Below are positions 8,658 through 17,980 of a stretch of DNA of 32,000 nucleotides, piece by piece. Under the pieces are notes generated by a model. It did no database searches. It was not told the origin of the DNA and saw nothing but the letters and a program-made list of their open reading frames with translations. Position numbers and translations under genes: made by a program. The stretch's first letter is position 1. Each line of letters begins with the position of its first letter. Source of the stretch: Nostoc punctiforme PCC 73102 (GTDB taxonomy: Bacteria > Cyanobacteriota > Cyanobacteriia > Cyanobacteriales > Nostocaceae); assembly GCF_000020025.1 (NCBI RefSeq), contig NC_010628.1, forward strand, positions 6,270,001-6,302,000, written 5' to 3'.

Positions 8658-9677
8658 TTAGAGAGGAAGCGAGTAGCCTAAAGCAGCTTTTACTTGTGAT
8701 AAAGTTTGATTTGCGATCGCTCTAGCTTTTTCCCCTCCATCGCGCAATACAGACTCCAAATAGCTTTTATCTGCCGTTACCGCTTGATATTTTTCTTGGA
8801 TTGGTTTCAAGGACTCAATAATTGTGTCTGTCAACAATGGTTTGAATTGTCCCCAGCCCATATCCTGGCACTCAACTGCTACATCTTCCTTTCTCTTCCC
8901 GGAAAGCAATGTATACAGCGTTAACAAGTTATTACACTCTGGACGCGCAGGATCGTCGAAAGTCAGCCCACGAATCGGATCGGTTTTACAACGCTTAATT
9001 TTGTATTGAATCTGTTCGGGTGAATCTAGCAAGCTGATTCGGCTTAACTCTGAAGGATCGGACTTCGACATTTTGCGTGTACCATCCGCTAAACTCATCA
9101 CCCTTGCCCCTTCCTTACGAATCAAAGGGTCTGGTAACTTTAGAACTGGTTGGTCTGGTTTACCAAATTGGTGATTTAACCGAGCTGCAATATCCCTTGT
9201 CAATTCCAAGTGTTGCTTTTGGTCTTCACCCACTGGTACTTTATCCGCTTGGTAAAGCAAAATATCAGCCGCCATCAAGACTGGGTAATCCAACAAACCT
9301 GCACTCACATTTTCTCCCTGTTTAACAGCTTTTTCCTTAAACTGAATCATGTCTTGCAGCCAGTTTAGAGGTGTAATGCAGTTGAGCAACCAGGTGAGTT
9401 CACTGTGGGCTGAAACGTGAGATTGTACAAAGATGGTGGAGTGATTTAAATCTAGACCACAAGCTAGATAGAGAGCAGCAAGAGTGTAGGTATCAGCTGC
9501 CAACTGTTTCGGGTCGTGTGGCACTGTAATCGCGTGCAAATCAGCCACAAAGAGGTAATTTTCGTATTCACTCTGACCTTCTACCCAGTTGCGAATGGCT
9601 CCTAAGTAGTTACCTAGATGGTAATTGCCCGTTGGTTGAACTCCAGAAAGAACACGTTGCTTGCCCATAAATTTCAA
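8658..9677 (-). CDS. trpS: Tryptophan--tRNA ligase
   Basis: Class I signatures are present: a HIGH-type motif (GVQPTGNYHLGNYLG) and KMSKS. The length is 339 aa. The start may be the second ATG at 9668 (MGKQRVLSG...). Confidence 0.95.
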   Translation of the reverse strand: MKFMGKQRVLSGVQPTGNYHLGNYLGAIRNWVEGQSEYENYLFVADLHAITVPHDPKQLAADTYTLAALYLACGLDLNHSTIFVQSHVSAHSELTWLLNCITPLNWLQDMIQFKEKAVKQGENVSAGLLDYPVLMAADILLYQADKVPVGEDQKQHLELTRDIAARLNHQFGKPDQPVLKLPDPLIRKEGARVMSLADGTRKMSKSDPSELSRISLLDSPEQIQYKIKRCKTDPIRGLTFDDPARPECNNLLTLYTLLSGKRKEDVAVECQDMGWGQFKPLLTDTIIESLKPIQEKYQAVTADKSYLESVLRDGGEKARAIANQTLSQVKAALGYSLPL

Positions 9678-9699
9678 CTAAGTTATCTCAAATCTGCGC

Positions 9700-10010
9700 T
9701 AATAAAGTGGCGATATCTGGTGAAAAATTGCTTCTCTTCTGTGCGAGAAGCTGTACCAACGCCAATGCGCTTACGCAAAACTCATTTAATTTTGACATTT
9801 TCCAGCGCAACTCGCCGTTGAAATATGGCAGTGGGAACAATGCAATTTTGTGAGATCGCCATAAAGACAGCAGGGGAGCAGGCTTGCCGTGAGCGTAGCC
9901 GAACGGGAGCAAGGGGAATGGAAAAAGAACCAATTATCGGACAGAATTCATTCTATAGCTTGCTTCCCTGAAAGGATATTCTGATTCCACATTCCTGAAT
10001 TCTGTTTTGA
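9700..10010. repeat. Intergenic block of small dispersed repeats
   Basis: It shares acagaattcattct and cctgaattct with 3924-3965 and cttacgcaaaa with 6659-6669. It contains the gcttctc-N8-gagaagc hairpin at 9730-9751 and a tagcttgcttcc motif related to 6575-6586. Confidence 0.55.
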
Positions 10011-10021
10011 TAAAGTCGAGC

Positions 10022-11122
10022 TTACTTAATTTTGTAATTCTCGATGATAGCGCAAGGAACAGACTTTTCTCCCGACCAATCGGTAAAAGTATCTTCATTT
10101 TTATAATGCCTTGGTGTTTGCATAAGCAAGTTCCAAGCATCTTTGGCATCCAATAAATTTAAACGTTCAGGATAGTGTATCTTTAATAATTTTTGCACTA
10201 GGGGATAATAGTCAGAGTTGATTCCTGGAAAAATATGGTGTTCTGTATGATAAGAAAAATTTAAATGCAATTTGTCAACTATTTTAGGAACACGCAGAGA
10301 AATACTATTAATCAGTGGATCGTTGACACTTGTCATCTTGCAAAGCATGTGGTTTGTATAGATGTAAAATATTGCTCCAGCATAACCAATACCAATCGGC
10401 AAAAAGTAACTCAACGCGATTTTTAGGAAATTAAATTGTAAATACGTCAAGATACTCAAATGAATCATGACAATTACAAAAAGTTCACCTGCAATTAACC
10501 AACGTTCTTTAGTTTTAACTGTAAAAGCAGCAGGAACAAAACTCACAGATTCACGATTAAACAATAGCACAGATGTCAGATTCCGAAGATTATGTGTTCC
10601 CCATGCGGTTGCCATTCCGACTATTAAACTGATAGGATTAACTTCCGCAGAGGGTACGCATACATCTTGAATCCATTTACCCCAAGTTTTCGGCTGCTGG
10701 TATAAGTAATTGCGATCGGGATCTGCCAATGAATTAGTTTTATTATGATGTTTTCGATTATGTACTGCTTTCCACAATGTGGGTGGCATCCACAACATCG
10801 CTAGCCCTAGTAAGCTCATAATTTTGGCTATAGGGGAGTTTTTGATGACGCTACCGTGCATCAGATCGTGGGAGCTAAATAGCAAGACGATGACACTATT
10901 ACCCATTACTATAGCTAAAGGTAAATAAAGCCATAAAAAATATAAATTCCAACGATCTAGATAAGATGCGATCGCCCAGCCTAGAATCAGAATTGCCCAA
11001 TTAATTGATAGAATGACCAATTTACTAGCATCAGGGATAAATGCTTCGGCAGGAAGTAAGGGACGCAATTTTTTTGCATACTCTGCTTGACGGATTAACT
11101 TTTGTGCGTTACTAACTTCCAT
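10022..11122 (-). CDS. Membrane fatty-acid desaturase family protein (three histidine boxes)
   Basis: His boxes HDLMHG, HNRKHH and HTEHHIFP occur with TM segments in the expected topology. The third box resembles the front-end-desaturase (Q/H)xEHHLFP motif. There is no cytochrome b5 domain. Regiospecificity cannot be called. Confidence 0.8.
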   Translation of the reverse strand: MEVSNAQKLIRQAEYAKKLRPLLPAEAFIPDASKLVILSINWAILILGWAIASYLDRWNLYFLWLYLPLAIVMGNSVIVLLFSSHDLMHGSVIKNSPIAKIMSLLGLAMLWMPPTLWKAVHNRKHHNKTNSLADPDRNYLYQQPKTWGKWIQDVCVPSAEVNPISLIVGMATAWGTHNLRNLTSVLLFNRESVSFVPAAFTVKTKERWLIAGELFVIVMIHLSILTYLQFNFLKIALSYFLPIGIGYAGAIFYIYTNHMLCKMTSVNDPLINSISLRVPKIVDKLHLNFSYHTEHHIFPGINSDYYPLVQKLLKIHYPERLNLLDAKDAWNLLMQTPRHYKNEDTFTDWSGEKSVPCAIIENYKIK

Positions 11123-11206
11123 AAATAATTATTGTTTTTTCTTTCTCTAATTTATTTTACAATTAAAAGTTTCAAAACTTAACATGAGTTATGGTACAAA
11201 ATTTAT

Positions 11207-11268
11207 TAGACCTCTTGCAATAATTTTGAAGGTATAAATAGAAGGTCTTGGTTTGTGCAAGAGGTCTA
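11207..11268. promoter_or_regulatory. 13-bp perfect inverted repeat in the 768-bp divergent desaturase/devB-like intergenic region
   Basis: tagacctcttgca (11207-11219) and tgcaagaggtcta (11256-11268) are separated by 36 nt, about 85 nt upstream of the desaturase start. Confidence 0.3.
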
Positions 11269-11890
11269 TTGTAAAAAAGTAATCAACAATTAAAATTTCT
11301 AAATCAACACACTTATGAAAGACTCCACAAATCCGGTTTTTAATAAACCAGTTTCTTTAGAAAATACAGCATTTTTCTTTGGTATGAAGTACAAAGCTAC
11401 GGTTTTTGAGATAAAACGCAGGATATAGAAACTCTTCATATCTGATTTTGCGTCCTACACTTTGTACCTCATTAAAAAGCAAACTGCTGTCAGTCTGCTG
11501 GTGAAGTTTTAACTAACAATGTGGCAATACCCTGCGGTTACTCCTTTGAAAACTCGTATAGTAGCCGCTTCTCTACCATAAGCTTTACTTAGCTTGCTTC
11601 TACGTAGGAGTATGCGTCTACATGAATGTCTCCACAGTCTTTAACTTTGTATAAGCCTATAAGCGCATCTTCAAACAGAAATGGTATAAAGTCACCCATT
11701 CAGGTGAAGGCATACAGAGATGTAACGGCTACCATGAAGTAATATTAAGCAACTATAAAGCTAATTATGCGTCTAGTTGTTAGCTTATTAATAAAGATTT
11801 AATCGAAAAATTTTAACAATTCCTCATTCCTGTACTCGCCCTTTAACTACGGGCTACTCCCATAAAGCAAGATTAATTAGGCTTTTAGAT

Positions 11891-13357
11891 ATGGCTACGC
11901 ACATAGAAATTCCTGTTATTGGCAAAGTTAAGTATCCATTTCGCTGGCTGATGGGGCTGATAACAGGAGGTGTCTTGGTTGTTGGTACTATCACAACCTA
12001 CACCCTGATGAATCAAGGGACAAAAGAAGATATTGCTCAATTAACTGTGCCAGTGGCGGCGAAAAATGTCACATTGAGAATTACAGCTAGCGGTAAAGTC
12101 GTACCAGTTCAGAGCGTAAATATTAGTCCGAAGAACCCCGGAGTGCTATCGCAATTATATGTACAACAAGGCGATCGCATTCAACAAGGGCAAATCCTTG
12201 CCCGCATGGATAGTGCAAGCATTGAGGCCCAAAGAAGCCAGTACCGTGCTAACTTAGCCCAAAGTCAAGCGCAATTAGCCGAAGCCCTTGCTGGTAGTCG
12301 TCCTCAAGAAATTGCTCAAGCTAAGGCGCGGTTAGCACAAGCTCAAGCCCAGCTAGCCCAAGCTAGGGCTGGTAATCGTCCCCAAGAGATTGCTCAATCT
12401 CAATCCCAAGTAGATGCGGCTCAAGCAAAGGTGAATTACACCAGCGAACAGGTAAAGCGTTATCAATACTTATATAAAGAGGGAGCAGAGAAAAAACAAT
12501 TACTCGATCAAGCCATCAGCGAAGACAAGAGTGCTAGAGCCAGTTTAGAAGAAGCTAAAAAACGATTGTCGTTAGTCCAAAGTGGGACTCGGAGTGAGGA
12601 AATCGACCAACGTCAAGCAGCTGTTAATGAAGCACGGGCAGCATTGGTACTGTTAGAAGATGGTACTCGTTCTGAGGAAATTGCCCAGCGCCAAGCGGCT
12701 GTAGCCAGTGCTGAAGCTCAATTGAAGGGTGTGCAAGTGCAGTTGGAAGATACAATTATTCGCGCTCCACTTTCGGGAATTGTGACGCAAAAATATGCAG
12801 AACCGGGTGCTTTTGTGACACCCACCACTTCTGCTTCTACTAGCGCGTCGGCAACTTCTAGTTCAATTGTTGCCGTAGCACGTGGGTTAGAAATATTAGC
12901 TCAAGTTCCTGAAGCCGATATTGGCAGAATTAAACCGGGACAGCAGGTGGAAATTGTCGCTGATGCTTATCCCGATCAAGTTTTTAAAGGTCATGTGCGC
13001 CTAATTGCTCCAGAAGCAGTGGTGGAACAAGGCGTGACATCCTTCCAGGTGCGGGTTGCTCTTGATACTGGTACAGATAAACTGCGTTCTGGCTTAAATG
13101 TGGATCTGACTTTTTTAGGCGATCGCGTCAATAATGCCTTGGTGTTACCAACGGTGTCAATCGTCACCGAAAAGGGTCAAACTGGTGTACTTGTACCTGA
13201 TGCAAAGAATAAACCCCAGTTCCGCGAAGTTACAATTGGGGCGCAAATCCAAAACCAAACTCAGATTTTAGATGGAGTTAAAGAAGGGGATCGCGTTTTT
13301 GTTAATCCACCCAAAGACTACAAAATTGAGAAGGCGAAAGAACAGAATAAATCGTAA
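11891..13357 (+). CDS. DevB-like membrane fusion protein (HlyD family periplasmic adaptor)
   Basis: The protein has an N-terminal TM anchor and a lipoyl-like segment (GDRIQQGQILARMD). A long coiled-coil hairpin carries four G(S/N/T)R(P/S)(Q/E)EI motifs, followed by a beta-barrel domain. This is the DevB/MacA-type architecture. Confidence 0.85.
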   Translation: MATHIEIPVIGKVKYPFRWLMGLITGGVLVVGTITTYTLMNQGTKEDIAQLTVPVAAKNVTLRITASGKVVPVQSVNISPKNPGVLSQLYVQQGDRIQQGQILARMDSASIEAQRSQYRANLAQSQAQLAEALAGSRPQEIAQAKARLAQAQAQLAQARAGNRPQEIAQSQSQVDAAQAKVNYTSEQVKRYQYLYKEGAEKKQLLDQAISEDKSARASLEEAKKRLSLVQSGTRSEEIDQRQAAVNEARAALVLLEDGTRSEEIAQRQAAVASAEAQLKGVQVQLEDTIIRAPLSGIVTQKYAEPGAFVTPTTSASTSASATSSSIVAVARGLEILAQVPEADIGRIKPGQQVEIVADAYPDQVFKGHVRLIAPEAVVEQGVTSFQVRVALDTGTDKLRSGLNVDLTFLGDRVNNALVLPTVSIVTEKGQTGVLVPDAKNKPQFREVTIGAQIQNQTQILDGVKEGDRVFVNPPKDYKIEKAKEQNKS

Positions 13358-13374
13358 TTCGTAATTTTTAAGAT

Positions 13375-14592
13375 ATGAATTTTTTAGAAAGTATTCAAAT
13401 GGCGGGGAAAACCCTGCTGTCGAATAAGCTGCGTAGCGCTCTTACGATGCTAGGTATAGTTATTGGTAACGCCTCAGTGATTGCCATGATTGGGATTGGC
13501 GAAGGTGGGCAAAAATACGTTAATAAACAACTGGAGTCATTAGGGCCAAATGTGCTTTTTATACTGCCAGGTAATCGAGAAACTCAGCGTATATCCTTTG
13601 AAGTACCAAAAAATTTAGTGTTACAAGATGCTGAAGCGATCGCTTCTCAAGTACCAACAGTAGTAGGAGTTGCGCCAGAGTTAAACAGAAGACAGGTAGT
13701 TACATATAGCAACCGAAACACTGATGTCAATATCATTGGTACAACTCCCAGCTTCTTATCAGTGCGGGATTTTGAAACTGCTAAAGGCAGATTTTTTAGC
13801 GAGGTAGATATCAAGCGAAGTAACCAAGTCGTTGTATTAGGTGGAGACTTGGCAGAAAAACTATTCGGTAATAGTAACGCTATTGGTAAGCAATTGCGAA
13901 TTGGAAATACCAGCTTTCAAGTGATAGGCACATTAACAGCCAAAGGTTCTAGCGTCGGAGCAGATTATGATGATGCTGCGCTCATACCAATCACAACCTC
14001 AGCAAACCGACTTGTGGGAAAGAATTCTCCTTATGGTATTGCTTTAGATTATCTTGTTGCTGCCGCTCGTGATTCAGAGAGTGTGGATGCAGCAGAATTT
14101 CAAATTGCTAATTTGCTGCGTCTACGGCACAAAATTAATGGTGAAGATGACTTTACTATCCGCTCTCAAAAGGATGCTTTGCAGACTGTTGGTCAAATCA
14201 CAGGTGCATTGACAATTATGCTAGCAGCGATCGCTGGCATATCTTTGTTTGTCGGCGGCATTGGCATTATGAATATTATGCTTGTCTCCGTCACCGAACG
14301 CACTCAAGAGATCGGATTGAGGAAAGCGATCGGGGCAACTGAGCAAGATATTTTGCTACAGTTCATCATTGAGGCAGTAATAGTTTCCGCAGCTGGTGGT
14401 TTAGTTGGGACTGCGGTTGGCATCAGTGGCATTCTATTAGTGGGAGCCTTAACTCCCTTAGAAGCGGCACTTTCTCCTGTAGCAATTACTATGGCAGTTG
14501 GTGTCTCTGGTGGTATTGGTTTGTTCTTTGGTGTTGTTCCTGCACGCCGTGCTGCTAAACTCGACCCAATTGTGGCTTTGAGAAGTGCTTAA
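13375..14592 (+). CDS. DevC-like ABC exporter permease (MacB/FtsX family)
   Basis: 405 aa. A MacB-type periplasmic domain sits between TM1 and TM2. The FtsX C-terminal domain includes ERTQEIGLRKAIGA and PARRAAKLDPIVALRS. Confidence 0.85.
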   Translation: MNFLESIQMAGKTLLSNKLRSALTMLGIVIGNASVIAMIGIGEGGQKYVNKQLESLGPNVLFILPGNRETQRISFEVPKNLVLQDAEAIASQVPTVVGVAPELNRRQVVTYSNRNTDVNIIGTTPSFLSVRDFETAKGRFFSEVDIKRSNQVVVLGGDLAEKLFGNSNAIGKQLRIGNTSFQVIGTLTAKGSSVGADYDDAALIPITTSANRLVGKNSPYGIALDYLVAAARDSESVDAAEFQIANLLRLRHKINGEDDFTIRSQKDALQTVGQITGALTIMLAAIAGISLFVGGIGIMNIMLVSVTERTQEIGLRKAIGATEQDILLQFIIEAVIVSAAGGLVGTAVGISGILLVGALTPLEAALSPVAITMAVGVSGGIGLFFGVVPARRAAKLDPIVALRSA

Positions 14593-14604
14593 TAGAAACC
14601 ATAT

Positions 14605-14636
14605 TATTAGCCTTGTAATTGATTACAAGGCTAATA
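14605..14636. terminator. Bidirectional hairpin between convergent genes
   Basis: tattagccttgtaat-tg-attacaaggctaata has perfect 15-nt arms and is A/T-flanked. It lies between the devC-like stop (14592) and the stop of the minus-strand gene at 14656. Confidence 0.6.
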
Positions 14637-14655
14637 TATAGAAGTTTTAGTTATT

Positions 14656-15288
14656 TCACTTTTTCAAAACTATATGGAAGGAATTTAAATACCCAGTAAT
14701 AGTTTTAGCTAATGTCTTCTGCTGTTTTTTTGTAGTTATTGCCATTACTTGATATAACCTTCCTTCGGCAACATACATTCTACTTTTAGTGATTTTTCCT
14801 CCAGAATTGATGTACTCAATTTCTTTGCCAGGATGATTATTGGAACTACGAATACTTCGTTGACTGATTAAATTACTTTTCGTAGTCTTTAAAGCCATAT
14901 CCCGTGCATTATTAAGTACAGCTTGAGGGTCAGTTATTTTACCATAACTATAAGGAAAATCATTGTAAGCAACTACATAAGCTACTTGCTGTTTTGGTGG
15001 TTGAGCGACAAATATTTCTAAAGAAATTTCCCCCATATAAGTTTTTTGTAATTCGGTATTTCTGTTGGGTCTTCCCGGCATCAAAATAGTAAAGCGACCA
15101 TCTGGAGCGGTGTATACCTTCCATTGTGGCTGCACAATTTTAGAGACGGTTGGTTTGACAACAACCGCCGGAGGTTTAGGTTGACGCGCTTCCACGAGAA
15201 TAGAACCACCACAGATAAAGGTGGCGGCGATTAATGGCAACAGACTTTTAACTGTCATAAGTTTTACCTTTTGAGATGCCGATCTCAC
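14656..15288 (-). CDS. Secreted hypothetical protein
   Basis: It has a signal-like N-terminus (MTVKSLLPLIAATFICGGSILVEA, probable start at 15258) and no recognisable motifs. Confidence 0.55.
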   Translation of the reverse strand: MRSASQKVKLMTVKSLLPLIAATFICGGSILVEARQPKPPAVVVKPTVSKIVQPQWKVYTAPDGRFTILMPGRPNRNTELQKTYMGEISLEIFVAQPPKQQVAYVVAYNDFPYSYGKITDPQAVLNNARDMALKTTKSNLISQRSIRSSNNHPGKEIEYINSGGKITKSRMYVAEGRLYQVMAITTKKQQKTLAKTITGYLNSFHIVLKK

Positions 15289-15303
15289 TGATGATGCTAG
15301 CTG

Positions 15304-16329
15304 TTATAACCTAGCAGCACATAAAGCAGCACCTATTAGCCCCACTTGTGGGTTGAGGATAATATACACAGGTATCTCTTCCAGGAGGGGGCGCATCCTG
15401 CCTTTTTGGGTGAAGTTTAATAAGAAACCGCTATTTTGGATTAAGGGGAGAATTTTAGGCGCAATTCCACCAGCAATGTATAAGCCACCATAAGGTAGGA
15501 GTTTAAGGGCGAGATTGCCGGCTTCTGCACCATAAGCTTCTATAAATAATTGCAAGGTTTGTTCGGAAAGGCGATCGCGTTTTTCTAGTGCAGCTGTACC
15601 AATAGCAGCACCGGGATCGACACTTTTCTCTTCCTGTCCGGCTTCTTGTTCCCAAGTTCTGACGATTTGGGCGATATCTGGTGATTCGGCGGCAAATTTG
15701 CGATCGCGCAAAAATTGGTAAATCGCCACAATTCCCATTCCAGAAACTACCCGTTCTACAGAAATGCGCTGGATATCATGTTTATCCAGCAGGTATTTCA
15801 ACAATTGAAACTCTATCTCGTTCCGAGGCGCGAAGTCAGCGTGTCCACCTTCTGAAGGAAAAACTTGATAGTTGTTTCCCTGCTTAATTAAAAATCCTTG
15901 CCCTAAGCCAGTACCAGCACCAATAATTCCAATCGGGGTTTCGGGTTGAGGTTTCCCAACTTGCAACGGGTGCAAGTCTTGTTTTTGTAAACCTGAAATG
16001 CCATAGCCAACGGCGGCGAAGTCGTTAATCAAATAAATATGTGGGATACCCAATTCTTGTTGTAGACGTTCGGTATCTAGGAACCAGGCTAAATTGGTCA
16101 GTTTGGCAGTATTTTTGACAATGGGCCCTGCGATCGCAAAACAAGCCTTTTCTGGTATTGGTGTATTAGCTTTGATTAAAAACTGCTGCACTATAGGTAC
16201 TAAATCGGGAAAATCAGCACTGTGGTAACTTTCCTGATAAATAGTATGTAAACCTTGTGAATCTGATGTTTCAACCAATTGCAAAATAGTTTTCGTACCG
16301 CCGATGTCTCCTGCTAGTAATAAAGTCAT
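15304..16329 (-). CDS. glk: Glucokinase
   Basis: 341 aa. The N-terminal ATP motif LLAGDIGGTKT, GAGTGLG and the overall similarity are as I recall for cyanobacterial Glk. Confidence 0.9.
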   Translation of the reverse strand: MTLLLAGDIGGTKTILQLVETSDSQGLHTIYQESYHSADFPDLVPIVQQFLIKANTPIPEKACFAIAGPIVKNTAKLTNLAWFLDTERLQQELGIPHIYLINDFAAVGYGISGLQKQDLHPLQVGKPQPETPIGIIGAGTGLGQGFLIKQGNNYQVFPSEGGHADFAPRNEIEFQLLKYLLDKHDIQRISVERVVSGMGIVAIYQFLRDRKFAAESPDIAQIVRTWEQEAGQEEKSVDPGAAIGTAALEKRDRLSEQTLQLFIEAYGAEAGNLALKLLPYGGLYIAGGIAPKILPLIQNSGFLLNFTQKGRMRPLLEEIPVYIILNPQVGLIGAALCAARL

Positions 16330-16413
16330 AGAACTTATTCGCGAATTAATTACTTTTTTTGTAGGATATACCCAACCTAGCAGAAGTCATGAACACAAAT
16401 AACTATCAGAGGT

Positions 16414-17061
16414 TTAAGCAAATCGAATAACTTCTTCTATGTGGGTTAAATGGGAAGTATCTCCCGTTAGTTCTAAGAACCATTCTGGATCTTCGCGTAC
16501 CACTTTTACCAACGAACATAAAGAAGCCTTGACTTCTGTTTTGGCAATTTCCCCCACTAGCCCCATTGCTCCCCCCAACACAGATGCCCCATGTGCTACT
16601 AGCAGGATATCCTCTGGGAAGAACTCAGTAGCTAAACATCTCGCAGTTTGCCCAGAACGTTCTCGCACTTTTTCGTGAGTTTCAGGATATTTAGCGGCGA
16701 TGCGCGAAGTATAGCTGGTGTCAATTCTGGGGAATAATTTTGCTAATGCTGGAGTTGAGAGTCTTTCAGGTTCTTCTGTCATCCAAGCTGGATTTAGCCA
16801 TTCACTCAAACCTGTTTCCAATTTAATTGGCAAGTTGAGCAATTCTGCAACTGCGTTTGCCGTTTGTACGGTTCGCAGGAAAGGGGAAGCAAAAATATGA
16901 CCAATGTTTTCTTTTTTCAATCGTCTAGCTAACTGTTGTGCCTGCACCATACCATCATCAGACAAAGGTGGATCGTAGCGCCGTTCGGCGGTAAGAAACC
17001 AATCGGGGTTTACGAAATCGAGGCGGTTAGCGTGTCTTGCTATCCAGACTATTTGACTCAT
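16414..17061 (-). CDS. Histidine phosphatase family protein (phosphoglycerate mutase-like)
   Basis: An RH motif near the N-terminus (IARHANR), SPFLRTVQTA, and a second catalytic His in LLVAHGAS. Confidence 0.85.
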   Translation of the reverse strand: MSQIVWIARHANRLDFVNPDWFLTAERRYDPPLSDDGMVQAQQLARRLKKENIGHIFASPFLRTVQTANAVAELLNLPIKLETGLSEWLNPAWMTEEPERLSTPALAKLFPRIDTSYTSRIAAKYPETHEKVRERSGQTARCLATEFFPEDILLVAHGASVLGGAMGLVGEIAKTEVKASLCSLVKVVREDPEWFLELTGDTSHLTHIEEVIRFA

Positions 17062-17262
17062 GGGTTTAATGATTCCGATGAATAGAATTCGCCGCTAAAC
17101 AAATATAGATATCTGCAAGGAGGGCTGCAAATATTAATATAAGACAAAAATCGTAATAATTATTAATAATATAAATTATTTGGAAAAGTTATAAGTGGCG
17201 TTAGTGTAGTTTTATTCATCACAATTGGTATAGCAATCCTGAATCAAACGCGCAGAAACAAA

Positions 17263-17291
17263 ATCCCCGACTTCTTTAAGAAGTTGGGGAT
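17263..17291 (-). terminator. Rho-independent terminator closing the livF-like/Uma2 transcription unit
   Basis: On the minus strand, ATCCCCAACTTCTT...AAGAAGTCGGGGAT forms a stem of about 13 bp with one wobble pair, followed by TTTTGTTTCT. It lies 63 nt after the Uma2 stop. Confidence 0.65.
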
Positions 17292-17353
17292 CTCTGGGTT
17301 GCAATTCTCACAAATCCAATAAGATTAAGATAAATATGAATTTCTACAATTGC

Positions 17354-17947
17354 TTATAACTTTAACCATCCAAATAATTGCCCTACAGTTAATTGAAAGC
17401 CGTTAACTAAATCTGGAACTGGTAATATTTCTTGTTCTTCTTGTAAAAGTTCTGGTTGCTGCTTTGGTGGATAAACTAAAACAGAATGCTCATCTGGATC
17501 AATTAGCCAACCGAAGCGACTACCATGTTTTAAACAATGTAGAATATTTCCAGTTACTTTAGTCTGGCTTTGATCGGGTGAAAGAATCTCAATCGTCCAG
17601 TCTGGAGATGTCTTAAAGACATTTGCCACTTCTCCACGCTCGTCTAATAAAATCCGTTCCCAAGCAAACACAGCTATATCAGGGACAATTGAACGTCCGC
17701 CATAGACGCTCGAAGAGCGGCTTCCCGCAGGGTAAGTACATCGCAATTCTGGAAATGCAAGGGCAATTTTTTGAGGTTTGGTTACAGAATTGATATTACT
17801 GACTAGTTCACCCTGGAGAATACTATGTTTCCCCTGTGGCATTGGCTTTTGAATAATTTGACCGTTGATGTATTCTGAGCTAGGCTTTGTTTCTGGAAGC
17901 TTTAAAAATTCTTCTAAAATAAAGCTTTTAGTTAGTGATTTTATCAT
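17354..17947 (-). CDS. Uma2-family (DUF820) putative endonuclease
   Basis: LEEFLKLPETKPSSEYINGQIIQKPMPQGKHS...PDIAVFAWERI...PDWTIEILSPDQSQTKVTGNILHCLKHG matches the cyanobacterial Uma2 consensus as I recall it. GGAGA lies 10 nt upstream of the ATG. Confidence 0.85.
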   Translation of the reverse strand: MIKSLTKSFILEEFLKLPETKPSSEYINGQIIQKPMPQGKHSILQGELVSNINSVTKPQKIALAFPELRCTYPAGSRSSSVYGGRSIVPDIAVFAWERILLDERGEVANVFKTSPDWTIEILSPDQSQTKVTGNILHCLKHGSRFGWLIDPDEHSVLVYPPKQQPELLQEEQEILPVPDLVNGFQLTVGQLFGWLKL

Positions 17948-17980
17948 CTTTTTATATCTCCAAAAGTTTCATTTAATTAA

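Noticed and set aside
9618-10149. ORFs 9618-9821 (+), 9688-9933 (-) and 9934-10149 (-) between trpS and the desaturase
   Set aside because: They lie in a block of dispersed repeats or overlap the ends of the trpS and desaturase genes. Their composition is low-complexity and there is no ribosome-binding site.
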